From positions 3,092,340 through 3,156,339 of the forward strand of contig CBDDED010000003.1 of NCBI GenBank assembly GCA_965226825.1: a stretch of DNA of 64,000 nucleotides, read 5' to 3'. Origin of the DNA: Dehalococcoidia bacterium (GTDB taxonomy: Bacteria > Chloroflexota > Dehalococcoidia > Lucifugimonadales > UBA3495). A program made the translations under genes and the position numbers. The notes under the pieces were generated by a model, which saw nothing but the letters and a program-made list of their open reading frames with translations, did no database searches and had not been told where the DNA came from. Position 1 is the first letter of the stretch; each line of letters starts with the position of its first letter. This document shows positions 51,030 through 60,273 of this stretch, in pieces.

Positions 51030-51364
51030 GTTTCCTCCCTGAACTGAGAAATTTGGGCAGCGGCCCTGAAAATGCCCTACGTCCGAGAACAGCGGGATAT
51101 TTGAGGCTGGTTCCGGCGCGCCAATTATATTCCTGAGTCCTTTGGAGTGTCTAGCCAAGCCGGTTGCATTCCAAGAGTATTCGACGGCCGTACCTCGTCG
51201 TTACCGACACGAAGTGAAAGGCGGGGCTGTGGGAGTTCTTGGTTCACCGTTGGTACGGGAACGATGGCTGGATGGGGCCAAGGTCCCGACTCCATAGCGT
51301 TGTGTCATTTTGCGTCACGCGGGGATGAAGGGAAAAATGAGAAGTGCCCAGAAAATTGTCGTGA

Positions 51365-51393
51365 TTGGCATCGCGGGGCGTTGTTTCTATAAT
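51365..51393 (+). promoter_or_regulatory. sigma70 promoter, likely giving a leaderless mRNA
   Basis: TTGGCA-N17-TATAAT with ATG 8 nt downstream and no SD. Confidence 0.65.
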
Positions 51394-51401
51394 CAGTGGT
51401 C

Positions 51402-52247
51402 ATGGGCCCGGTGATCGACAGCCATTGCCATATCTTCCCCGGCGATTTCTCCGAGAGGCGCTCTGAATTGCTGGCGCGGGACGTCACCTTCGCCGAACTG
51501 TTTTCCAGGGGCCGGGCGGCGTTGGCGACTGCGGAGACCCTGGTTGAAGCGATGGACCGTCATGGGATTGACCAGGCGGTGACGATGGGAGTGGGCTGGA
51601 ATGACCTCGCCCTGGCCCGGGAGGCCAACGATTACCTGATGGAGGCCGTCGCGGCCTATCCCGGACGGATTTCGGGTCTATGCTCGGTTAACCCCCGCTG
51701 GGGCAAGGCGACGCTGGATGAAATGGAGCGTTGCGCCGAGGGCGGCCTGATCGGGATTGGAGAATTGCACCCAGACACCCAGGGATTTGCCCTTGACGAC
51801 CAGGCCACCCTGGCCCCACTGATGGATTTAACCCGACGGCTGGGCTGGCCGGTGCTGGTCCACTGCTCCGAACCGGCTGGGCATGACTATCCGGGCAAGG
51901 GATCAACCACCCCTGGAAAAGTCTACCGGTTCATAGCAAATTTCCCGGAAGCCCGGATCATTTGCGCCCACTGGGGCGGCGGGTTGCCCTTCTACACACT
52001 GATGCCCGAGGTTCCGGCAGTGCTGGAAAATGTCTTTTTCGATACCGCGGCTACGCCGTTCCTCTACCGACCGGCGGTGTACCGGACCGGGGCAAGTCTC
52101 GCAGGGGCGGACAAGGTCCTCTTCGCCACCGATTTTCCGCTGATCGGGTACCCCAGGGCTTTGGGCCAGGTCGAAGAATCCGGGCTGCAGCCCGGGGACC
52201 GGGAAGCCATCTTGGGAGGCAATGCCGCCCGCCTATTTGGCCTGTGA
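51402..52247 (+). CDS. amidohydrolase family 2 protein
   Basis: IDSHCH, GIGELHP, AHWGGG and FATDFP motifs. Confidence 0.9.
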   Translation: MGPVIDSHCHIFPGDFSERRSELLARDVTFAELFSRGRAALATAETLVEAMDRHGIDQAVTMGVGWNDLALAREANDYLMEAVAAYPGRISGLCSVNPRWGKATLDEMERCAEGGLIGIGELHPDTQGFALDDQATLAPLMDLTRRLGWPVLVHCSEPAGHDYPGKGSTTPGKVYRFIANFPEARIICAHWGGGLPFYTLMPEVPAVLENVFFDTAATPFLYRPAVYRTGASLAGADKVLFATDFPLIGYPRALGQVEESGLQPGDREAILGGNAARLFGL

Positions 52248-52578
52248 TGCTTCGCGGGGTCTGTGGGCAATGGACCGGATTGAAACCGGGTTCTGGAGGA
52301 CTTGGAAAGCCTCGTGGGGGAAGACGTAGGGTCTTTCGATTATCATCGAATCCCCCGTGGCTCTTGCCGCAACGGGAAGCTGGAGCCCATTTTGACTCCT
52401 ACTCCTGTCATTCTCGCCGCAGCGGGAATCCAGAGCCCTTTTCCCCATCCAACCTGGTGCGTGTCTGCAGGAATGTTCCAGGTGGGACGTCGACCTGTCC
52501 ATCCGGCGCGTCTTAGTTGGCATAAAAGTCTTGGCACATAATCAGGGCTCTGGATTCCCGTTGCGACAAGAATTGCCA

Positions 52579-52771
52579 TGGCCTTGTCCAGGCCACACAT
52601 GAGGATGAAAATGGGACGGCGTCGGCTGGCAGAGTAGGCGGTTGTCATTGGCGCCTTGAGCCCGTGCGAGAATTTGCCTCGGTGACCTGCAGGCACCCAT
52701 GATTGTAGCCCCGCGTTGGCGGTGAGCACGAATAGTAACGTCTTGAATTTTAAGGTCGCCCGCCGGCTGGC
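52579..52771 (+). ncRNA. putative bridge/seek RNA of IS110 element 1
   Basis: Stems covary with element 2; loop segments ttgtcatt (52642-49) and gcgagaat (52666-73) match the REP target, atagtaa (52732-38) matches its own right end. Confidence 0.8.
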
Positions 52772-52794
52772 AGCATTCGAATTGGAGCTTGGAG

Positions 52795-54003
52795 ATGGAC
52801 AGCATCATAGAGAGGTGTTGCGGCCTGGACGTGCACAAGAAGTCGGTGGTGGCTTGCGCCGTCACCCCCGAGGGCCAGGAAGTCCGCACTTTCCGCACCA
52901 TGACCAAAGACCTTCCGGAATTGTCCGACTGGCTCAAGGACCACCGGGTGACCCACGCGGCCATGGAGAGCACCGGGGTCTACTGGAAGCCGGTCTACAA
53001 TCTGTTGGAGGCGGACTTCACCGTCTGGGTGGTCAACGCGCACCACATGAAGGCGGTGCCGGGGCGCAAGACCGACGTGAAGGATGCCGAGTGGATCGCC
53101 GATCTGCTGCGTCACGGTCTGTTGCGGCCCAGCTTCATCCCGGACCGGCCCCAGCGGGAACTGCGGGAGCTGACCCGCTACCGGCGGAGTCTGATCCAGG
53201 AGCGCACCCGGGCGGCGAACCGGATTCACCAGGTGCTGGAGGGGGCTAACATCAAGCTGGGATCGGTGGCCTCCAACGTGCTGGGGGTATCGGGACGGGC
53301 CATGCTGGCATCGCTGGCGCAGGAGGAGGAAGACCCCAAGGCATTGGCCGACCTGGCCCAGGGGAAGCTCCGGGATAAGATTGGCGAACTGGAGGAGGCG
53401 CTGCGGGGTGTAATAGGCCCGCATCAACGCTACCTGCTGAGCCGCTTGCTACGCCACTTCAGTTTCCTGGACGGGGAAATCGATGCTCTGAGCGAGGAGG
53501 TGGCCCAGCGGGTGGACCCTTTTGAGGAGACGGTGGCGGCGGTGGACGCCATTCCGGGGGTGGGGCGGCGTACTGCCGAGGTGGTGGTCGCGGAGATGGG
53601 CACGGACATGAGCCGGTTTCCCAGTGGGGGTCACCTGGCTTCCTGGGCCGGGGTGTGTCCAGGGAACAACCGGAGCGCGGAGAAGCATAAGCGCGCTCCC
53701 ACCAAGAAGGGCAACGGTTGGCTCAAGGCGGCTTTGGTGGAGGCGGCCAGGTCCGCAGCGCGCACCAAGACCTATCTGGGTGCCCAGTACCAGCGCCTCG
53801 CCCGGCGCATCGGGGCCAACCGGGCGGCCATGGCGGTAGCCCACTCCATCGCGGTCATCCTCTACCAGGTCATCAAGACCGGAAAGCCCTTCTTAGACCT
53901 GGGCCAACAGTACTTCGAACAACGCCAAGGCGCCGCCGCCACCCGCCGCTATGTCCGCCAACTCGAACGCCTCGGCCACCAAGTCACACTACAACCAGCC
54001 TGA
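52795..54003 (+). CDS. IS110 family DEDD recombinase/transposase
   Basis: GLDVHK, MESTG, KTDVKDA and PGNNRSA motifs. Confidence 0.96.
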   Translation: MDSIIERCCGLDVHKKSVVACAVTPEGQEVRTFRTMTKDLPELSDWLKDHRVTHAAMESTGVYWKPVYNLLEADFTVWVVNAHHMKAVPGRKTDVKDAEWIADLLRHGLLRPSFIPDRPQRELRELTRYRRSLIQERTRAANRIHQVLEGANIKLGSVASNVLGVSGRAMLASLAQEEEDPKALADLAQGKLRDKIGELEEALRGVIGPHQRYLLSRLLRHFSFLDGEIDALSEEVAQRVDPFEETVAAVDAIPGVGRRTAEVVVAEMGTDMSRFPSGGHLASWAGVCPGNNRSAEKHKRAPTKKGNGWLKAALVEAARSAARTKTYLGAQYQRLARRIGANRAAMAVAHSIAVILYQVIKTGKPFLDLGQQYFEQRQGAAATRRYVRQLERLGHQVTLQPA

Positions 54004-54030
54004 ACACGCTATTTTCATAGTAATTGCGGA

Positions 54031-54223
54031 TGGCCTTGCCGAGGCCACGCATGAAGAATGAAAATGACCCGGCGCCGGCCGGCACTATGGGCGGTCGTCA
54101 TTGGCGCTGTGAGCCCGCGTGGTAATTTGCCCTGGTGACCGCCAGGAACGCCTGAATGTCGCCCCGTCCTGACGGGAGCACGCATAATAAAGTCTCGATT
54201 ATTTCGGTCACCGGCCAGCCGGC
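54031..54223 (+). ncRNA. putative bridge/seek RNA of IS110 element 2
   Basis: Same fold; loop segments tcgtcatt (54095-102), gtggtaat (54119-126) and cataataa (54183-190). Confidence 0.8.
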
Positions 54224-54260
54224 AGCCCGCCCAGGGAGACTGAAGATAGGGGGACGCAAG

Positions 54261-55484
54261 ATGGAGAGCATTATCGAGAGGTGCTGTGGGCTGGACGTGC
54301 ATAAGAAATCGGTGGTGGCCTGTGCCATCACGCCGGAGGTCCAAGAGGTCCGCACCTTCAGGACCATGACCAGGGACCTGCTGGCGTTGGCCGATTGGCT
54401 TAAGGACCACCGGGTGACCCACGTGGCCATGGAGAGCACCGGCGTCTACTGGAAGCCGGTCTACAACCTGTTGGAGGACGAGTTTAGCGTCTGGGTGGTC
54501 AACGCCCATCACATGAAGGCCGTGCCGGGGCGCAAGACCGACGTGAAGGACGCCGAATGGATTGCCGACCTGCTGCGCCACGGTTTGTTGCGTTCCAGCT
54601 TCATCCCGGACCGGCCCCAGCGGGAACTGCGGGAGTTGACTCGCTACCGGCGCAGCCTGGTTCAGGAGCGCACCAGGGAGGCCAACCGGATCCAAAAAGT
54701 GCTGGAAGGGGCCAACGTCAAGCTGGGGTCGGTGGCCACCGACGTGCTGGGGGTATCGGGGCGGGCCATGCTGAAGGCCCTGTCCGAAGGGGAGGAGGAC
54801 CCGAAGGCGCTGGCGGAGTTGGCCCGGGGGCGGCTGAGGGAGAAGCGAGAGGAACTGGAGGAGGCCCTGCGGGGCCTGATGGGGCCGCATCAGCGCTTCA
54901 TGCTGGCCATCCAACTGGACCGCCTCAACTGCCTGGACGGGCAGATCGAGACCCTGGATCTGGAGGTGGGCCGGCGGGTGGACCCTTTTGAGGAGACGGT
55001 GGCGGCGGTGGACACCATCCCGGGGATCGGACGGCGCACCGCCGAGGTCATCGTGGCGGAGATGGGCACGGACATGAGCCGGTTTCCCAGTGGGGGTCAC
55101 CTGGCTTCCTGGGCCGGGGTGTGTCCAGGGAACAACCGGAGCGCGGAGAAGCATAAGCGCGCTCCCACCAAGAAGGGCAACGGTTGGCTCAAGGCGGCTT
55201 TGGTGGAGGCGGCCAAGTCCGCAGCGCGCACCAAGACCTATCTGGGCGCCCAGTACCAGCGCCTCGCCCGGCGCATCGGGGCCAACCGGGCGGCCATGGC
55301 GGTTGCCCACTCTATCGCCGTTATACTGCACCAAGTCATCAAGACCGGAAAGCCCTTCTTCGACCTCGGCCAACAGTACTTCGAAGAGCGCGACCGCGCC
55401 GCCATCACCCGCCGGTCGGTCCGCCAACTCGAACGCCTCGGTTACAAAATAACTCTGGAAGTCCCTACCCTCCAAGCCGCCTGA
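54261..55484 (+). CDS. IS110 family DEDD recombinase/transposase
   Basis: Same catalytic motifs; start MESIIER aligns with element 1 MDSIIER. Confidence 0.96.
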   Translation: MESIIERCCGLDVHKKSVVACAITPEVQEVRTFRTMTRDLLALADWLKDHRVTHVAMESTGVYWKPVYNLLEDEFSVWVVNAHHMKAVPGRKTDVKDAEWIADLLRHGLLRSSFIPDRPQRELRELTRYRRSLVQERTREANRIQKVLEGANVKLGSVATDVLGVSGRAMLKALSEGEEDPKALAELARGRLREKREELEEALRGLMGPHQRFMLAIQLDRLNCLDGQIETLDLEVGRRVDPFEETVAAVDTIPGIGRRTAEVIVAEMGTDMSRFPSGGHLASWAGVCPGNNRSAEKHKRAPTKKGNGWLKAALVEAAKSAARTKTYLGAQYQRLARRIGANRAAMAVAHSIAVILHQVIKTGKPFFDLGQQYFEERDRAAITRRSVRQLERLGYKITLEVPTLQAA

Positions 55485-55587
55485 ACCATATTTTCATAAT
55501 AATGACGGGGTAGGAGTCAAAATGGGCTCCAGCTTCCCGCTGCGGCTGGAATGACGGGGGACAATAGAAAGACCCTGATCCGCCGGG

Positions 55588-55971
55588 TCAACCGCGGACC
55601 CGGTAGATTTCCACGGCGGCATGGTCGATTACCGACCCACGGATGGGCGGGTGCGGCTTCTTTACTCTGATACCCACTGCCCGCACCGGAAATTTTTCCA
55701 AAACCCTGCTGGCGATTGCCTGGGCTGTGGACTCCAGCAAATTCCGCGGATCGCCTTCCACCACATCCCGAACTTCCCGGTAAAGACCGGAGTAGCTGAC
55801 CGTGTCTTCCAGCTTGTCCGAGTCTCCGGCCCGGCTCAAATCCAACTCAACGCTGAGGTCAACCAGGTACGATTGCCCCAGGACCCGCTCTTCTTCGTTG
55901 ACGCCGTGAAAGCCGTAAAACTGCATCCCTTCCAGGATGATTCGGTCCGACGGCGGCAGGGCTTCAGCCAT
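55588..55971 (-). CDS. folB: dihydroneopterin aldolase
   Basis: FYGFHGV..EER..GQ, TVSY, NLLE and KPHPP motifs. Confidence 0.95.
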   Translation of the reverse strand: MAEALPPSDRIILEGMQFYGFHGVNEEERVLGQSYLVDLSVELDLSRAGDSDKLEDTVSYSGLYREVRDVVEGDPRNLLESTAQAIASRVLEKFPVRAVGIRVKKPHPPIRGSVIDHAAVEIYRVRG

Positions 55972-55977
55972 CCGGCT

Positions 55978-56856
55978 TCACGAATCGGCCTGCCGGACCT
56001 GCTCCGCAATGGCCAGCAGGTTCCGGGCTCGTTTGACCACCGGAACGTCGATCATGCGCCCATCCAGCGAAAGAGACCCCCGGCCCTGCGCCTCAGCCTG
56101 GTCCCATGCGTCCACCACTCGCTCGGCATAGGCAACTTCATCCGGGGCCGGTGCAAAGGCTTCGTTGATTGTGGGAATCTGGGCAGGATGAATCGCGAAG
56201 CGTCCGGTGAATCCCATACGCCGGCTGATTTGAAGGTCGCGCCGCAGGCCGTCTTCGTCCCGGAATTGAACGAATGGGGTATCCAGCGACCCAATCCCGG
56301 CCGCCCTGGCGGCGACGGCTACAGTGGCGCGCGCAAATTCCAATTCCTCCCCGGCATCGGTGCGCTGTATCCCCATGTCGTCGGTATAGTCCTCGGCCCC
56401 GAAGGCGATGGCCTCAATGCGGGGAGAACTGGTAGCCAGTTCCAGGGCCGTCAGCACTGCCCTGGCGTTTTCGATCCAGGGAATCACTTTTATCTGTCCA
56501 GGAGGTAAGCCCGCCGCCGATTCCGCGTTTGTGATGATGCGGTCAACGTCTTTCAGGTCAAAAACTGTTTGGGACTTCCCGATGCTGATCCCGGCGAGGT
56601 CCGGGCTTATCAGGGCCTCCAACTCGCCTCGGGTGAGCCCGGTGTCGAACGAGTTGACCCGCGCCATCACGCGTTTCCCTGCCTTCGCCAGCCTGGGCGC
56701 CCACTCCAGCGCGGTTGCCAGTGCTGCCGGCTTCTCTCCCGGCGGCACCGAGTCCTCCAGGTCGATCATTATCACGTCGGCCTTGAATTCCAAGGCCCTT
56801 TCCAGCATCCTGGCCTGGTTGCCGGGGACGAATATCAGGCTGCGCAGTAGGTTCAT
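55978..56856 (-). CDS. CitE/malyl-CoA lyase (HpcH/HpaI) family protein
   Basis: RSLIFVPGN, DLEDSV, FGAEDY, AIHPAQ and MIDVP motifs. Confidence 0.9.
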   Translation of the reverse strand: MNLLRSLIFVPGNQARMLERALEFKADVIMIDLEDSVPPGEKPAALATALEWAPRLAKAGKRVMARVNSFDTGLTRGELEALISPDLAGISIGKSQTVFDLKDVDRIITNAESAAGLPPGQIKVIPWIENARAVLTALELATSSPRIEAIAFGAEDYTDDMGIQRTDAGEELEFARATVAVAARAAGIGSLDTPFVQFRDEDGLRRDLQISRRMGFTGRFAIHPAQIPTINEAFAPAPDEVAYAERVVDAWDQAEAQGRGSLSLDGRMIDVPVVKRARNLLAIAEQVRQADS

Positions 56857-56870
56857 AACGCCGGATTCAC

Positions 56871-57230
56871 CTATAACAGATAAGGAGGATACATTTCGTC
56901 GTCCGGAACCTTTTCGATGTCGTGGGTTACGGTGTTGACCCGGCACCTCAGGTTCTGCAACAACTCGTAGCCCAACAAGGGGGTGGCCGATGGCACGGCA
57001 ACCCCGGCAAATCTCTGCCCGCGAAGGTCACCAATAACAGTGTAGGTCTCTACGTCAACAGGGCCGGTGGCGCTCATCAGTCGTACCGTTCCACCACTGG
57101 GCCGCAGCCCCAACGAATCGATCTCCTCCTGGGGCAGGGCCACGTAAGTGGACCCGGTATCCACCAAGAAAGTATATTCCCGCTCCTCCTGTCCCCCGAA
57201 AATCTTTGCCTGTACTTGAGTTACTCCCAT
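56871..57230 (-). CDS. retropepsin-like (clan AA, AF_0612-type) aspartic protease
   Basis: FLVDTGS and PLLG motifs. Confidence 0.8.
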   Translation of the reverse strand: MGVTQVQAKIFGGQEEREYTFLVDTGSTYVALPQEEIDSLGLRPSGGTVRLMSATGPVDVETYTVIGDLRGQRFAGVAVPSATPLLGYELLQNLRCRVNTVTHDIEKVPDDEMYPPYLL

Positions 57231-57234
57231 CCCG

Positions 57235-60027
57235 CTACTCCATGTCTCCCCAATTGTCGCCCCATTTGACGTCCACCTTCAGGGACACGTCCAGGTCGAA
57301 GTATCCGTCCAGAGCGGCGGGCATTTCATCCAACACCACCTGCTGGATTGAGTCAAGCTCGTCTCTGGGACATTCGAAAACGAGCTCGTCGTGAACCTGT
57401 AGGAGCATCTTGGTCTTGAGAGCGTCCCGTTCCAAGCGCCGGTGCACCCGGATCATGGCCAGCTTCATGATGTCGGCCGCGGTGCCCTGGATCGGCATAT
57501 TGATCGCCATTCGCTCGGCCGCGCCCCGGACGTTGAAATTGGAGGCGTTGATTTCCGGAGCGTAACGTCGCCTGCCAAGCAGGGTTTCCACGTATTGAGT
57601 CTCCCGGGTCTTGGCTTTGACGTCTTCCAGGTACCCGCTGATTCCAGGGTACTTGGCGAAGTACGTATCTATAAATCTGGCACCCTCTTCCCTGGAAAAC
57701 TCGGTCTGTTGGGAGATGCCATGGGCGGACAGGCCGTAGATTACGCCGAAGTTCAACACCTTGGCGATACGCCGCTGCTCCGAACTCACCTGGTTCAGCG
57801 AAACATCGAACATGAGAGACGCGGTCGATGAGTGGATGTCCTCGCCCCGCCGGAAGGCATCCAGCAATTCAGGATCTTGGGACATATGGGCCAAAACCCG
57901 CAACTCAATCTGGGAATAATCGGCGGAGAACAGCGCCCAATCCGGCGCAGATTCGGCCACAAACGCCCGGCGCACCTGCCTGCCCGCATCGGTGCGGATG
58001 GGGATATTCTGCAAATTCGGGTCGCTGCTGGAAATGCGCCCGGTGGCCGACCCCGTCTGGTTGTAACTGGTATGAATCCTCCCGGTTCTTGGATTGATTA
58101 ACTCCGGCAGGGAATCCACGTAAGTTGACTTGAGCTTGGAGATCTGGCGGAATTCCAGGATTTTGTCTATGACCGGATGGCGACCTTTCAACCCCTCCAG
58201 GGAGTTGGCATCGGTGGAGTAGCCGGTTTTGGTCCTTTTGGTGGTTGGGAGGCCTAGCTCTTTGAACAGCAAGTCGCTCAACTGCTGGGGAGAGTTGATG
58301 TTGACCCGGTGGCCGATAGAGCCGTACAAGTCCATCTCAACTTCATGCATCTGCTCGTTCAGGTCCCGGGACATTTCGTGGAGCACACCGGCGTCCAGCT
58401 TGATTCCGTGGCGCTGCATCGAAACCAGGACCGGCACCAGCGGCACTTCCACCTCCCACATCAGGTGGTTCAACCCCTGGCCCTTCACCGGCGCTTCAAA
58501 GCTTTCCCTCAGGCGTCCGGTCATGTCGGCGTCCGCGGCCGCATATTGGACCGCGGGTTCAACGGCTACCTGATCGAAGGTAATCTGTTTGCGACCCGTG
58601 CCAATAAGTTGGGATATGGGCGTCATTTCCAGCCCCAAAACATCCAGGGAAAGGCTCTTCAGACCCAGGTAGGCCTTGCCCAATAGGTGCGCCGCAATCA
58701 TGGTGTCGAAGTCCACGTTGCAGCACTGGATACCATGATTGGCCAGCACCGTGACGTCGTAGTTGGCGTTGTGGGCGCACTTGGCCAGGTCTTCCGACTC
58801 CATGAGGGGCCTGACGCGAGCCAGCACCTGCTCCAGCGGCAACTGTTCCCCTTCCTTGTGCCCGACCGGGACGTACCAGGACCGGCCCGGTGAGGTCGAG
58901 AAACTCATGCCCACCAACTCCGCTTGCATGGCATCCAGGCTGGTGGTCTCAGTGTCAAAGGCAAAGCCACCATTCTCCTGTATTGCGGCCAGCATGGCGT
59001 CGAATTGCTCAGGAGTCTGCACCGGCTGGTAATCCAGTTCGGCCGCCGGATCCGGAGTCTCTTCCGCGGAAGCCTGCTCGCTCGCGCCGGATTCGGTGAC
59101 GGGCAGGCGCGGGATGACGCTGTAGAACTCCAACTCGGTCAGCAAGCTCACCACGTCCTGGCGCTCATACGAGCCAAAGCGGCATGCGTCCAGGTCAAAT
59201 TCCACGGGCACATCCCGTTGGATGGTGGTTAGAAACCTGTTTTCGAACGCCAATTCCCGGCTTTCGGCCAGGGAGCTTTTGACACTGGGGGGCTTGACCG
59301 ATTCCAGGTGCTCGTAGATACCCTCCAGCGTTCCATATTCATTGAGGAGGCCAATGGCCCTTTTTTCGCCGACTCTTGGGACACCGGGAATATTATCGGA
59401 AGAATCCCCTAGCAAAGCCTTGAAATCGGGCTGTTGCGCTGCGGTGAGACCGGAATACCGGGCAATCAGTTCGGCCTCATCGTAGGTCTTGCGGTCCTGG
59501 ATGCTATGGAACATGTCCACACGGACGCTGGGAGATATCAACTGAAAGGTGTCGCGATCGCCCGTTAGAATCACCGTGCCTACGCCCTGCTCCTCGGCTC
59601 TGAGCGATAAGGTCCCGATCAGGTCGTCGGCTTCGTAGCCGTCCAACTCAAACACAGGCACGCCAAACCCAGTCATCAACTGCTTGACCCGGTCGAACTG
59701 GTGCCTGAGTTCCTGGGGTGTTGCCTCCCGTTGCGCCTTGTACTGTTCAAAACGCTGGTGTCGAAAGGTCGGTGCGCGGGTGTCGAAGGCAATGGCGCAG
59801 TGGGTGGGGTTCCAGTCTTGCAGCGCTCGCAGGAAAACGTTGAGAAACCCGTAAACGCCCGTAGTGTCTTCACCGGTGGCCGAAACCGAAAGGTGCCGCT
59901 GGACTGAAATGGCCCGGAAGGACCGGTGCACCATGGCGTGCCCGTCCATCAGCATCAACAGAGGGGGGTTATCAGTCTTCGGCTGTGAATCGAACAACAT
60001 CGTAGACTGTTCCGGGGATTGGGCCAT
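57235..60027 (-). CDS. polA: DNA polymerase I
   Basis: 5'-3' exonuclease YEADD, 3'-5' exonuclease FDTET, DYSQIELR and QVHDEL motifs. Confidence 0.97.
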   Translation of the reverse strand: MAQSPEQSTMLFDSQPKTDNPPLLMLMDGHAMVHRSFRAISVQRHLSVSATGEDTTGVYGFLNVFLRALQDWNPTHCAIAFDTRAPTFRHQRFEQYKAQREATPQELRHQFDRVKQLMTGFGVPVFELDGYEADDLIGTLSLRAEEQGVGTVILTGDRDTFQLISPSVRVDMFHSIQDRKTYDEAELIARYSGLTAAQQPDFKALLGDSSDNIPGVPRVGEKRAIGLLNEYGTLEGIYEHLESVKPPSVKSSLAESRELAFENRFLTTIQRDVPVEFDLDACRFGSYERQDVVSLLTELEFYSVIPRLPVTESGASEQASAEETPDPAAELDYQPVQTPEQFDAMLAAIQENGGFAFDTETTSLDAMQAELVGMSFSTSPGRSWYVPVGHKEGEQLPLEQVLARVRPLMESEDLAKCAHNANYDVTVLANHGIQCCNVDFDTMIAAHLLGKAYLGLKSLSLDVLGLEMTPISQLIGTGRKQITFDQVAVEPAVQYAAADADMTGRLRESFEAPVKGQGLNHLMWEVEVPLVPVLVSMQRHGIKLDAGVLHEMSRDLNEQMHEVEMDLYGSIGHRVNINSPQQLSDLLFKELGLPTTKRTKTGYSTDANSLEGLKGRHPVIDKILEFRQISKLKSTYVDSLPELINPRTGRIHTSYNQTGSATGRISSSDPNLQNIPIRTDAGRQVRRAFVAESAPDWALFSADYSQIELRVLAHMSQDPELLDAFRRGEDIHSSTASLMFDVSLNQVSSEQRRIAKVLNFGVIYGLSAHGISQQTEFSREEGARFIDTYFAKYPGISGYLEDVKAKTRETQYVETLLGRRRYAPEINASNFNVRGAAERMAINMPIQGTAADIMKLAMIRVHRRLERDALKTKMLLQVHDELVFECPRDELDSIQQVVLDEMPAALDGYFDLDVSLKVDVKWGDNWGDME

Positions 60028-60273
60028 CACGGCACCTCTGCAACCTGAGACCGGGCTGACTTAGCTAGGGAATAGGCGTGCTGGCAGCATTATACAACAG
60101 GGATGCACGGAGGCTCGGCCACGGCCTTTGTCCTCCCGGTTCCACGGCTTCGAGTTAGCTCCGAATCCCCGGGCGCCATGCTACAATTGCGGCTGGAATT
60201 TGACTATGCCCCAACCCTGGCCGAGCCGCCAAGCCCGTCTACCAAGCCCATCTGATTTAAAAGGATTGGACAC

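Larger units (their letters stand above)
52574..54021 (+). mobile_element. IS110-family element 1, bounded by AAT cores at 52571-52573 and 54022-54024
   Basis: Recombinase gene; ends defined by the interrupted REP and by homology with element 2 (tgc...attttcata). Confidence 0.92.
54025..55500 (+). mobile_element. IS110-family element 2, bounded by AAT cores at 54022-54024 and 55501-55503
   Basis: Same end architecture as element 1; followed by the displaced REP half aatgacggggtagg. Confidence 0.92.
52352..55560. repeat. composite REP inverted repeat whose right arm is split by two IS110 elements
   Basis: Joining 52544-52573 to 55504-55560 restores the near reverse complement of 52352-52440. 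Confidence 0.9.

Noticed and set aside
54156-54260. N-terminal extension of recombinase 2
   Set aside because: It overlaps the bridge RNA; alignment with recombinase 1 places the start at 54261.
54015-55475. 486-aa minus-strand ORF in IS110 element 2
   Set aside because: Antisense shadow of the recombinase; the equivalent frame is broken in element 1.
60030-60273. TPP riboswitch before thiE
   Set aside because: No CTGAGA...ACCTG...ATGC...GTAGG arrangement recognised.
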